Shown: piece after piece, positions 16,602 to 25,765 of the stretch
Layout: each line of letters begins with the position of its first letter
How positions within the stretch are numbered: position 1 is the first letter of the stretch
Source of the DNA: an uncultured Candidatus Saccharibacteria bacterium
Lineage (GTDB): Bacteria > Patescibacteriota > Minisyncoccia > Phycocordibacterales > PALSA-1337
DNA: 64,000 nucleotides
Assembly (NCBI GenBank): GCA_964412585.1
Contig: CAYPPJ010000001.1
Span: forward strand, 84,151-148,150
Direction of reading: 5' to 3'
Position numbers and translations under genes: made by a program
Notes under the pieces: generated by a model
The model's input: the letters and a program-made list of their open reading frames with translations, nothing else
What the model was told of the DNA's origin: nothing
Databases searched by the model: none

Positions 16602-18329
16602 TTAGGGCTTGAAATACTCGGGTGTATGTTCATTCATCCAGTCCAATTGCTGTCTCATGGCCGTGCTCGCACCTATTGTATTGTGGATAGACCCTTTTTC
16701 TAACATGACTGCAAAGGCGTACTTGGGGTTCTCATACGGCCAAAAACCAGTAATCCACGAGTTGATATGATCTTTTGCGACACCGAGCTCAGCAGTACCT
16801 GATTTGCTCGCAATACTCACATAAGGAACCTTGAGTACTGGGCTAGTGCCTGTTGTGACCGCCATCCTCATACCCTCACGCACAATTTCAAAATTTTTCT
16901 GAGGAATGGCATCAATGAACCGTTCGATGTGAGGACCGTCATCTTTTATGATGGTCGGAATAAGAAGTAATCCGCTATTTGCGATAGCAGCTACGGCGCG
17001 AGCCATTTGCATGGGCGTCACTTGAAAACCATACTGTCCGATAGATGTGTGGTAGGTATTACCAAGGTACCAATCCTCATTGAATGTCGCCTTTTTCCAT
17101 TCAGGCGTGGGTACTGTACCTGCTTTTCCTTGCACAAACGAATCAGGGATACGAGAACCCAAACCAAACATGCTTACATATTTATCAATATTGGCGATAC
17201 CAAGACCTCTTTGGTCTTTGTACCCTCCGCCAACAATATAAAAATAAGCGTCAGATGAAACAGACAAGGCCTTGCGAAGATCGAGCGCGCCATTATTTCT
17301 CCAATCCTTGAACACTGTACTTTTTGTTGGATCGTAGGGATTTGGGATCGAAATGGATCCTGTGGTGTACAAAATAGTTTCAGGGTCAATAACTTTTTCG
17401 GTAAGCACACCGAGGGCAACATACGGTTTAACCGTCGAACCGGGAGCATACAGTCCATCTACTGCCCTATTGAGAAATGGGAGTTCTTTATCAGTAAGTA
17501 ACGCCCGAATACGATCGCTGTCAGTGCGGTCGGACATAACCTGAGGACTATATTCTGGATAACTCGTAAGAGCGATAATTTCTCCTGTATGAACATCGAG
17601 AATGACGGCCGCGCCACCATCAAAATGAGCGCGACTCAGGATGTCCTTGATATTGCTGTACAAGGCGGATTGCACACGAGTGTCAATAGACAACTTAACT
17701 GATTTTCCTTGGACAGGCGGACGCACAACATTTTCAGAAACCACCACACCTCGCGCATCGACCTCGACGAGTCGTGAGCCATTATTTCCCTGTAGGTCAG
17801 CGTCAAAATATTTTTCAGCGCCCGCGACTCCCTCAAAATCATCCTGGTAGTAAAAACCATTTTTATCCTTTGAAGGATATTTTACATAACCGATGACATG
17901 TGCCAATCCTGTGGACGTTGCATATTGACGAGTCGCCACTGATTCATCACTCGATGTTGCGGTTGTTGTCGGAGCTGGCGCATTCCATGCTAATAATTTT
18001 CCATTGCGATCCTCCAGCACTCCCCGACCAGCAAATATAGGAACTGGTCTCAGAAGATTTTTCTCACTGCGTGTTCGATACTCTTCTCCATGCGTAATCT
18101 GCAGGTTCCACGCTTGGACAATAAAAACACAGGCGAGAACAATAAATACAAATCCCGTTGAATACAGAGCGACAGTTGAAATAGGCCGCTCGAGCCTCCC
18201 TTCAAACTGATCTGTATCAAATGCAGGAATATTACTCGAGTCGAGCATTACTTCATCGGGCGCTATTTCGACTATCTTTCTACGCCTTGACCTGCGCCAC
18301 ACTGCAAATATGTTCCATGAAAAAGGCAT
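16602..18329 (-). CDS. mrdA: Penicillin-binding protein 2 (peptidoglycan D,D-transpeptidase MrdA)
   Basis: An N-terminal TM helix and PBP dimerisation domain are followed by a transpeptidase domain with SxxK (STVKP), SxN and KSG(T) motifs. It lies immediately downstream of mreBCD. Confidence 0.85.
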   Translation of the reverse strand: MPFSWNIFAVWRRSRRRKIVEIAPDEVMLDSSNIPAFDTDQFEGRLERPISTVALYSTGFVFIVLACVFIVQAWNLQITHGEEYRTRSEKNLLRPVPIFAGRGVLEDRNGKLLAWNAPAPTTTATSSDESVATRQYATSTGLAHVIGYVKYPSKDKNGFYYQDDFEGVAGAEKYFDADLQGNNGSRLVEVDARGVVVSENVVRPPVQGKSVKLSIDTRVQSALYSNIKDILSRAHFDGGAAVILDVHTGEIIALTSYPEYSPQVMSDRTDSDRIRALLTDKELPFLNRAVDGLYAPGSTVKPYVALGVLTEKVIDPETILYTTGSISIPNPYDPTKSTVFKDWRNNGALDLRKALSVSSDAYFYIVGGGYKDQRGLGIANIDKYVSMFGLGSRIPDSFVQGKAGTVPTPEWKKATFNEDWYLGNTYHTSIGQYGFQVTPMQMARAVAAIANSGLLLIPTIIKDDGPHIERFIDAIPQKNFEIVREGMRMAVTTGTSPVLKVPYVSIASKSGTAELGVAKDHINSWITGFWPYENPKYAFAVMLEKGSIHNTIGASTAMRQQLDWMNEHTPEYFKP

Positions 18330-18370
18330 ACCGCAATACTATCATAGCCACACGCTTTTAAAATGCGCTT

Positions 18371-18637
18371 CTATCTCCTCACCATATTTCTAACTATGAC
18401 GACAAGAGTGTAGACGACGATGGCTTCAATACTACTGATATAACCCCAAATACCCATGTCCGGAACCATCCCATACAATGCATCAAAAATAATTCCTGCT
18501 GCAATAAGCTCAATAAAATACGGAAAAAACCATGCGGATATAATAGCGACCGCAAATGCCGCCAACCACCATGACTGCAGGAGACATATCAGGATAACAA
18601 TATCGATGCCGATACGAAGGGGTATATTCTTAGTCAT
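18371..18637 (-). CDS. mreD: Rod shape-determining protein MreD (short form)
   Basis: 88-aa polytopic membrane protein starting MTKNIPLRIGIDIVIL.... It overlaps the mreC stop by 8 nt. The longer ORF-track start at 18859 is probably a non-coding extension. Confidence 0.6.
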   Translation of the reverse strand: MTKNIPLRIGIDIVILICLLQSWWLAAFAVAIISAWFFPYFIELIAAGIIFDALYGMVPDMGIWGYISSIEAIVVYTLVVIVRNMVRR

Positions 18638-19466
18638 TATTTTGAGCAAGCACCCAGCGAATCTGGTATACATTGAGCGGCGGAGCAAAGAGTACTGTCT
18701 TGAAAGGTTGGGTAGGATCAAGTAGAACTGATGAGACAATACCGATCGGCTTTTCATCAAACGATCCGCCGAGAACAAAATCCCCTTCTGCAACTGGCGA
18801 CTCACGCGATATCTGTGCTTCGTACTGTCCTCCTCCACGGCCAACGGCAGTTGCAGCAATATGAGTCGAACCTATGAGTACGGGAATATTTTCACCTGGC
18901 GATGTAAACAATCTGACTTTCGCAGTCGACGCGAAGACATCGACGACACGGCCAATCAATACATTTCCTTGGGCATATATGAGTGTACTGGTTGATATCG
19001 CATAATCACGTCCTATATCCATAATAAGTTGGTCGTATCCCGAAACCGGTGGCCGACGAAGTACTGCAGCAAGTATGAGAGGCTTTGAAAGATGAGGAGG
19101 ATTTTTCGATTTTGAGCTACTGGTGCTAGTAGCATGTTGCGTACTATCACGTCCCAAGAGCAGCTTGAGTTCAGCATTTTCTACTTCAAGAGCTTCAGTT
19201 GCTGCAAGTCGAACCTGCATATCAGCCAAAGTACGATTCAACACCTCCTTTTCGGCAAGAAGCGTTTCGGCCGAAAGAAGTCCCCCACTCCGTATTGAAA
19301 ATTCGGTACGCCAAAAAGGTCTAGCGATCGCCACAAATATGCCAGGAAAAAACCGGGGCGAAATCACTTGGATAACAATAATAACTATAGCCACGACTGC
19401 GGCACCAAAAGCAATATTCTGCCTCATACGCTGGTACGGTCGTTTATGAGTTTGAAGGTAAGTCAT
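18630..19466 (-). CDS. mreC: Rod shape-determining protein MreC
   Basis: An N-terminal TM segment is followed by a coiled-coil (LADMQVRLAATEALEVENAELKLL) and a beta-rich C-terminal domain. It sits between mreB and mreD. Confidence 0.8.
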   Translation of the reverse strand: MTYLQTHKRPYQRMRQNIAFGAAVVAIVIIVIQVISPRFFPGIFVAIARPFWRTEFSIRSGGLLSAETLLAEKEVLNRTLADMQVRLAATEALEVENAELKLLLGRDSTQHATSTSSSKSKNPPHLSKPLILAAVLRRPPVSGYDQLIMDIGRDYAISTSTLIYAQGNVLIGRVVDVFASTAKVRLFTSPGENIPVLIGSTHIAATAVGRGGGQYEAQISRESPVAEGDFVLGGSFDEKPIGIVSSVLLDPTQPFKTVLFAPPLNVYQIRWVLAQNND

Positions 19467-20511
19467 CTTCGCTTTCTATGAGTACTGAACGATATTTTTC
19501 CAAATCTTCCAAGATGACACCCGCGCCTCGGGCAATGGCGGTCAGGGGATCTTCTGCAATAGTTATAGGAATATTGAGCGTCTCAAGGAGTAGTGCGTCG
19601 AGACCTTTGATGAGTGCCCCGCCTCCTACAAGGTGAATGCCGCGCTTCATAACGTCTGCGAGAATTTCAGGCGGTGTCGTCTCAAGAACTTCTTTTGTTG
19701 CCTCAAGAAGAACATCAATCGACTGACCGATGGCCTCGCGGATATCTGAATCGGTAATGATAACTTCACGTGGCAAACCAGTGATGAGATCGCGGCCACG
19801 AATAGTAGTTTCGAGCGGCTCTCCAGGAAGAACGGCACCGACATCTTTTTTTACTTGTTCAGCAGTCGTTTCGCCAATCAGGATTTTGAATTCATTACGA
19901 ATATACGAAATGATATCGTTGTTGAGCTTGTCACCGGCAATTTTCAAATTTTTTGAACGAACAATACCACCAAGAGAAATAACCGCGATATCAGTCGTAC
20001 CTCCTCCAATATCAATAATCATACTTCCCACGGGTTCATGGATCGGCAAGCGAATACCAATCGCTCCCGCCATGGGCTGCTCAACAATATACACTTCGCG
20101 AGCGCCAGCATTTTTTGTCGCATCACGAACGGCGCGTACTTCAACGTTGGTCACACCTGACGGAACTCCGACGACCACGCGAGGACCAAGAAATTTCTTT
20201 GGCATGTATTCTCCAGCACGGCGCATGAGATACGCCAACATTTCTTCAGTCACTTCGAAGTCAGAAATGACGCCATCAACAAGCGGACGAACCGCGGTGA
20301 TGTGCGTTGGGGTACGTCCGAGCATATCTTTTGCGGTCTGACCAACAGCTACAACTTGTCCGGTTTTCTGGTTGACGGCAACCACTGAAGGCTCATTTAC
20401 GACAATGCCTTTACCACGAACATAAACCAGCGTATTAGCGGTACCGAGATCAATACCGATATCATTTGAAAAACGGCTCAATAGGTGGTTCTTTTTCTCC
20501 TTGAACGTCAT
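19444..20511 (-). CDS. mreB: Rod shape-determining protein MreB (actin homolog)
   Basis: IGIDLGTANTLVYV, DIGGGTTD and GGGALIKGLD ATPase motifs. It is the first gene of the mreBCD-mrdA operon. Confidence 0.9.
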   Translation of the reverse strand: MTFKEKKNHLLSRFSNDIGIDLGTANTLVYVRGKGIVVNEPSVVAVNQKTGQVVAVGQTAKDMLGRTPTHITAVRPLVDGVISDFEVTEEMLAYLMRRAGEYMPKKFLGPRVVVGVPSGVTNVEVRAVRDATKNAGAREVYIVEQPMAGAIGIRLPIHEPVGSMIIDIGGGTTDIAVISLGGIVRSKNLKIAGDKLNNDIISYIRNEFKILIGETTAEQVKKDVGAVLPGEPLETTIRGRDLITGLPREVIITDSDIREAIGQSIDVLLEATKEVLETTPPEILADVMKRGIHLVGGGALIKGLDALLLETLNIPITIAEDPLTAIARGAGVILEDLEKYRSVLIESEDDLPSNS

Positions 20512-20609
20512 AACTGAAGAGTATCACAAACAAGAAAAACGGGTAATTGACAAATCCTGCTAAGCGTGAAATTATGGAAACGGCGGTCAATCACAACTCA
20601 TCTTGATCT

Positions 20610-20966
20610 ATGAACGAACTCATTAACATCTTCGGTCAATGGCCAAAACTAACGCTGGTTGTCATCACACCATTCCTGGCATTCATTGTAGGATTCTCAT
20701 GGTTCTTTTCGGGATACTCTGCGTCACAGCTCTCGAATCTGGGCACCAAAACCTATGCATTCTGGAAATGGGTCATCTGGACGCTCACATCACTCGTTGG
20801 AGTCCTTGGTGGTACTGTTCTTATGATTTTAGCAATTATGAAGGCCACCGGTGGCGACATCCCTCATTTTTTCTACCAGATGGCTGGCATGCTGCTGATC
20901 GCAGTGAGCACCGCACTCGTCTGCGACAAAGTCGAGAAAAATATCTTGGGTGCGCTGGCAAAATAA
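20610..20966 (+). CDS. Hypothetical membrane protein (118 aa, 3-4 TM)
   Basis: Hydrophobic ORF divergent from mreB. A strong terminator follows it. Confidence 0.5.
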   Translation: MNELINIFGQWPKLTLVVITPFLAFIVGFSWFFSGYSASQLSNLGTKTYAFWKWVIWTLTSLVGVLGGTVLMILAIMKATGGDIPHFFYQMAGMLLIAVSTALVCDKVEKNILGALAK

Positions 20967-20985
20967 TGCTCAGCCCTACCCCTTA

Positions 20986-21015
20986 CGCACGCCTCCTGGC
21001 GTGCGATTTTATTTG
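20986..21015 (+). terminator. Rho-independent terminator
   Basis: CGCACGCC-tcct-GGCGTGCG forms an 8-bp perfect stem and is followed by ATTTTATTTG. Confidence 0.7.
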
Positions 21016-21023
21016 AAATAATA

Positions 21024-22259
21024 TTACAACGAAGAAATGGCGACCATCTCAACCTTCCCCGTCCTTCTATCTTTTGTTTCAACAGAATTTTCTTTCAAGG
21101 TTTTTGCACTGACTACAATCCTTTTTGGAATACCGATAAGATCAGAGTCCGAGAATTTGGTTCCGGCTGTCTCACCACGATCATCATAGAGAACTTCGAC
21201 GCCTTTTTTGGTCAATTTTTCGTATAAATCGTCAGTTACTTTTTTCACAGCGCCGTCAGTATCAAATAAAGCAACCAAGTGAACCATGAACGGAGAAACT
21301 GATTCTGGCCAGACTAGACCCTTGTCGTCAGACCATAGTTCGGCAATCGTACCCATCACACGTCCTGGACCGATGCCATATGAACCCATGATAACTGGTT
21401 TGTTCTTCCCTTCTTCATCTTTGTAATTCAATCCAAGAGCATCAGAAAATTTGGTACCAAGACTAAAAATATTTCCAACTTCAACCGCCTTCTTTTCTGC
21501 CAAGTCAGCGCGTGTGATCCCCAAATCTCCGAGCACTTCATCATTCAACACCTCTTTGTTGACTGCCAACCTCTTACCTTCGTGAACATAAATAGTATCC
21601 TCACCAGCATCAGTAAGCGTCTGAAATTCATGTGAATACTTCGAAAACGAACCTCCGGCAGCAAATGTGGTATATGTTTGTGCGCCGATGCCTAGTCGAT
21701 CAAAAATCCTCACATATGCCTTTTTTGCTTGTTCATAAAAATCTTGATGGGCTTTTTCATCAACATTGAATGAGTACAAATCCTTCATCAAAAACTCGCG
21801 GGCGCGCATGATGCCAGACTTTGCTCTTTCTTCATTGCGAAACTTTGTTTGAAATTGATAGACGGCTTTTGGCAAATCGCGGAATGATCGTATGTGATCT
21901 TTCATCAAGTTCGTCAGCGGCTCTTCATGAGTAAATCCGAGACCGACTTCACTGCCATTTTTGAGTTTCGTCTTGAACCAGTTATCGACAACTGCATCAT
22001 CCCAGCGGTTTGTCGTCTCCCAAACTTTTTTATCCTGCAATGCAGTAAGATGGACTTCTTGTCCACCAATGGCATTCATTTCTTCGCGAATGATCTGCAC
22101 GATCTTGTTCATTACCCTGAGACCAAGCGGCAAAAACGAATAGACGCCAGCCATCTCTTTGTTGATATATCCCGCACGGATAAGGAGTTGCGCGTTCTTG
22201 GCAACTTCATCCTTTGGTGCTTCGCGGCGCGTCTTGGTGAAGAGATGGGATTGTTTCAT
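21024..22259 (-). CDS. proS: Prolyl-tRNA synthetase, bacterial type, lacking the INS editing domain
   Basis: Class II motifs are present (FRNEERAKSGIMRAREF motif 2, GSYGIGPGRV motif 3) along with a C-terminal anticodon-binding domain. At 411 aa it has no room for the INS editing insertion of about 180 aa. Confidence 0.85.
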   Translation of the reverse strand: MKQSHLFTKTRREAPKDEVAKNAQLLIRAGYINKEMAGVYSFLPLGLRVMNKIVQIIREEMNAIGGQEVHLTALQDKKVWETTNRWDDAVVDNWFKTKLKNGSEVGLGFTHEEPLTNLMKDHIRSFRDLPKAVYQFQTKFRNEERAKSGIMRAREFLMKDLYSFNVDEKAHQDFYEQAKKAYVRIFDRLGIGAQTYTTFAAGGSFSKYSHEFQTLTDAGEDTIYVHEGKRLAVNKEVLNDEVLGDLGITRADLAEKKAVEVGNIFSLGTKFSDALGLNYKDEEGKNKPVIMGSYGIGPGRVMGTIAELWSDDKGLVWPESVSPFMVHLVALFDTDGAVKKVTDDLYEKLTKKGVEVLYDDRGETAGTKFSDSDLIGIPKRIVVSAKTLKENSVETKDRRTGKVEMVAISSL

Positions 22260-22392
22260 GGCTTATATAATAGCGTAATTTTTCTCTTGATACGAGATAT
22301 TGACTGTTTCGCACTTATTATGTTATGGTTTATTCAGTTTAACAACGCCTGCATAATAGCGGCGTACAACTTGAAATACGGAGAGAAATTAT

Positions 22393-23109
22393 ATGACCAA
22401 CATGTTACTGAATTCAATGATCTTCATTTGGTTCATCGCTGGGTGTGCGGGCTGGATTTTCATCGTCATATTCCTTTTCGGTCGCCTGTTTGATTGCGTC
22501 GGAAGTAACAGGATGACGATTACGCAGTCCTGCATGCGCTGGTGGAGTGTTTCCAGTCCAACCTACAAACTATACGGCTTCATTGGAATTCCAGCTGTTA
22601 TTTGCAGTTTTTTCCTTGAAGCGACTGGCGGAGGATACATGTTTTCCAAAGTTAACGGAGACTACCTCGGTAAAAAGAACACGCTGACCATCATGACGCA
22701 ACGTGCGTACAATCGAATGATGGCGCAGGTTGAATTGCGTGACACGAGACTAAGCGGCACTGACACCTTCCCTGTGGGTGACAACAAAAAAACTGATCTC
22801 GCTATTCAATGGCAAGGCACAACAAACGAGGTACAGCGTATCGCGTTTACGAAATATGCGGTCATGTCGAAATACCCTGAAGGCCAAGAGGTTAAATTGT
22901 TCGTCGCCGAGTTACTTAGTAGAAACTCTGAGACGATGTCAAATCTGGCAGCCTTCGTCGAGAACCGCGAGAAAAAACCCCAAGATTACAGCATCAGCGA
23001 CGAGTTAAGCCAGTTTACGATGATAGCAAATGCCCTCAGCGAACCGTTGAAAAAATTTGGCATCTCCGTTAAATCAATCAAACTGCAGCCATCATGCGGA
23101 TGCCCTTAA
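22393..23109 (+). CDS. Hypothetical membrane-anchored protein (238 aa)
   Basis: An N-terminal TM helix is followed by a soluble domain. GGAGAG lies 7 nt upstream of the ATG. I recognised no motif. Confidence 0.5.
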   Translation: MTNMLLNSMIFIWFIAGCAGWIFIVIFLFGRLFDCVGSNRMTITQSCMRWWSVSSPTYKLYGFIGIPAVICSFFLEATGGGYMFSKVNGDYLGKKNTLTIMTQRAYNRMMAQVELRDTRLSGTDTFPVGDNKKTDLAIQWQGTTNEVQRIAFTKYAVMSKYPEGQEVKLFVAELLSRNSETMSNLAAFVENREKKPQDYSISDELSQFTMIANALSEPLKKFGISVKSIKLQPSCGCP

Positions 23110-23255
23110 CCGCAGCACCTTCTTCCCGCAGCTGCCGCTGGTCAAGCCTGACTGGTGGCGGTTTTTTATACTCATTTATTTTCCCTTCATTGTCTCTTCC
23201 TTCAACTCTTTTCGTAGTACAGAAACACCGGGTTATAGATTCGCTACATGCGAGT

Positions 23256-24356
23256 TTATTTAAACAACTTCACAATATCCTGATATGTCACTATGACCAT
23301 GAGTAACATGAGTAAGGCAAAGCCGACCAAATTGACCGTATTGGTAAACTTCATGGGGATTCTCCTGCGAGTAATGCCTTCAATAATCACAAACAAGGTC
23401 CGACCACCATCAAGCGCTGGAAATGGAATGAGGTTGATAACACCCAAGTTGATAGAGATGAGAGCAGTAATCATTATCAAATAGGTAAAGCCCATATGCG
23501 CCGCATCACCTACGATCCCTGCAATACCGACCGGACCTGCCACATCAGAGAAGTTTGCTGTGCCTTGGAATATATTGAGGAAAAACGTATACAGCCCAAC
23601 CGCAGTCTCACGGATCATGACCAATGTGTAGTGAAGACCCTCCCAGATCGATGAGAAAAATGAAAGTTTCAAACTTCCCACCTTTTGCATCGCAATGCCT
23701 ACTGCAAATGTCGAGGTCGCACCAGAGACCAAACCTTGAGCCGGAGTTATCTCAATATTTTTGGTTTCTGCATCACGCTTTATTTGGAAAGTAATAGCAT
23801 GTCCTTCACTTGAGGCAATATATTTTTGTACTGCCGGAATCGTAAATTCGTCTGAATGTCCAGTGGCACTCACCAGTACATCGCCCATTTTGAGACCTGC
23901 CTTATCAGCGGGTGATGCGGGTTCGATATATGTAACCATGATCCGTTGATTGGTAAATGTGTCCGCGTATTTTTCAAATCCATCACTTGTAGCGGTAACT
24001 CCTGACATGAATGCGCATGTGTACAACAGCCACGCAAACAAAAAATTGAAGAACACACCGGCAACAAGAACCATCACCTGCTTCCAGCGCTTCTTGTTGA
24101 CAAAACTTCGCGCTGCATCTGACCCACTCACAGACTCCTCATCTGGGTTTTCACCATGAATCTTCACAAAACCGCCAAATGGAATGAGGTTGATACCATA
24201 CTCTGTCTCCCCTCTCTTCCAGTGAACAATGCGAGGGCCAAAGCCAACTTTAAATGCATCAACACGAATACCTGCTGATCGTGCAGCAAGAAAATGTCCG
24301 AGCTCATGCACGAATATAAGAACAGCGAGAACTATGAGAAAAATCAGTACGGTCAT
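23256..24356 (-). CDS. rseP: RIP zinc metalloprotease RseP (site-2 protease, M50 family)
   Basis: HELGHFLAARS (HExxH) in TM1. A PDZ domain is followed by a C-terminal LDGG motif. Confidence 0.85.
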   Translation of the reverse strand: MTVLIFLIVLAVLIFVHELGHFLAARSAGIRVDAFKVGFGPRIVHWKRGETEYGINLIPFGGFVKIHGENPDEESVSGSDAARSFVNKKRWKQVMVLVAGVFFNFLFAWLLYTCAFMSGVTATSDGFEKYADTFTNQRIMVTYIEPASPADKAGLKMGDVLVSATGHSDEFTIPAVQKYIASSEGHAITFQIKRDAETKNIEITPAQGLVSGATSTFAVGIAMQKVGSLKLSFFSSIWEGLHYTLVMIRETAVGLYTFFLNIFQGTANFSDVAGPVGIAGIVGDAAHMGFTYLIMITALISINLGVINLIPFPALDGGRTLFVIIEGITRRRIPMKFTNTVNLVGFALLMLLMVIVTYQDIVKLFK

Positions 24357-24359
24357 GTA

Positions 24360-24911
24360 TTAGCTCAGAAGTTCCTTTTCCTTCTTGATGTAGGCATCAT
24401 CAAGTTTTTTATTTACATCATCGACAAGCTTCTGCGCGTCTTTCTTTGCACGGAACGCATCGTCCTTGCCCATGGCACCGTCTTTTTCTTTTACATCAAG
24501 ATCTTTGACGACAACATCTCGATGGCCACGTACCTGCTTCTTTGCCTCCTCCATTTTTTCTTTGGCAGTTTTTGCAATCTGCTGACGACGTTCGCCCGTC
24601 AGCTCTGGGAACATCACACGGAGACCCTGATCATCAACAACTACAGAAAGACCAAGATTTGCGACAGTGATAGATTTTTCAATCTCTTTTGTCTGTGACT
24701 TATCCCACGGTGCAATACGAAGAACTCGAGCACCTTCTATGGTGACGCTGGCAACCTCTTTGAGTCCCATCGGAGCGCCATACACTTCGACTTTGACGCT
24801 ATCAAGAACTGCCGGAGATGCCTGACCCGTACGAATCTGTTGAAGCTCTTTTTTGAGCCACTCTTCTGCAGAAGCAAGTTGTTTTTTGAATGGGTTAAAG
24901 TCGTAGGCCAT
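24360..24911 (-). CDS. frr: Ribosome recycling factor
   Basis: 183 aa. Full-length alignment to Frr (VLDSVKVEVYGAPMGLKEVASVTIEGARVLRI...). Confidence 0.9.
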   Translation of the reverse strand: MAYDFNPFKKQLASAEEWLKKELQQIRTGQASPAVLDSVKVEVYGAPMGLKEVASVTIEGARVLRIAPWDKSQTKEIEKSITVANLGLSVVVDDQGLRVMFPELTGERRQQIAKTAKEKMEEAKKQVRGHRDVVVKDLDVKEKDGAMGKDDAFRAKKDAQKLVDDVNKKLDDAYIKKEKELLS

Positions 24912-24917
24912 AGGGAT

Positions 24918-24937
24918 AGAGATTAGTAATTAGTAAT
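24918..24937 (+). repeat. Copy 1 of the recurring intergenic motif GAGATTAGTAAT-NAGTAAT
   Basis: GAGATTAGTAATTAGTAATT lies between holB and frr. Confidence 0.6.
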
Positions 24938-24987
24938 TGGAAATCAGAAAAATGCAGCATAACTGTTCTACGAGATGATTATAGCAC

Positions 24988-25011
24988 AAATAAAAAACTC
25001 CCGAAGGGAGT
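24988..25011 (-). terminator. Rho-independent terminator downstream of holB
   Basis: On the minus strand, ACTCCC-ttc-GGGAGT is followed by TTTTTTATTTG. Confidence 0.6.
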
Positions 25012-25053
25012 TGGGCCAAATACATTGTGCCTATAGGGTATTAACCCAGTCAA

Positions 25054-25734
25054 TCAGATATTCAGCATTACATACTCGAGAAGCATTTTAATACTCGGAG
25101 CACGGTCATGCATATAGTTTCGCGCCATTTCAATTGTCAGAAGAGCCGATGCACCTTCTTGTACCCCTTTTTGTTCACGCACCACAGTTTGGAGTGCATT
25201 AAGAAGTTCTATTGCATCTTGTCTGGTCTTTTTTTCCTTTGAAATGTCATCGATGAGCTTTTTTACTTCCTCAAGTCTTTTTGCTTTTGAAAGGGCTGTC
25301 AATCTCTCAGCTATTTTCAATAGTTCTGAATCAGTAGTTTTTTCTTTGCCCGTTTCTCCAAGGAACCTCATACGAGACTTTACTGTCGGCAATAACAAAT
25401 GAGTAGAAGGAATCAATATGAAAAAATGTGCATATTCTGCCGGCTCTTCAAGTAATTTGAGTAGAGCGTTTTGCGCTTCGATGGTAACACCATTCATCTG
25501 AAGTATGAAAATTTTCTTCCCAGTTTCTGTTACAGGTCGCATACCATGGAATGTTTTGACTGCACGAGCATCATCTATAACAAACATCTCATAAAAATGG
25601 TCAAAGAAATCGGGGTTGCCTTGTGATTCGATCTTATGATGTGTGGCGAGTGCAGAAATAAGGTCAGCACGGGCGGAGTCCGAGCTGATGAGGTAATAAG
25701 CGTGGTGAGAGAGTAGTTGTTGAGGAAAATCCAT
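25054..25734 (-). CDS. holB: DNA polymerase III subunit delta-prime (HolB-like, P-loop-less AAA+ clamp-loader subunit)
   Basis: Sensor and arginine-finger region QNALLKLLEEP. There is no Walker A, which is typical of delta-prime. A C-terminal helical domain is present. Confidence 0.7.
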   Translation of the reverse strand: MDFPQQLLSHHAYYLISSDSARADLISALATHHKIESQGNPDFFDHFYEMFVIDDARAVKTFHGMRPVTETGKKIFILQMNGVTIEAQNALLKLLEEPAEYAHFFILIPSTHLLLPTVKSRMRFLGETGKEKTTDSELLKIAERLTALSKAKRLEEVKKLIDDISKEKKTRQDAIELLNALQTVVREQKGVQEGASALLTIEMARNYMHDRAPSIKMLLEYVMLNI

Positions 25735-25765
25735 AGTCTCAATTATAGCGCACCGTACAGGAATT

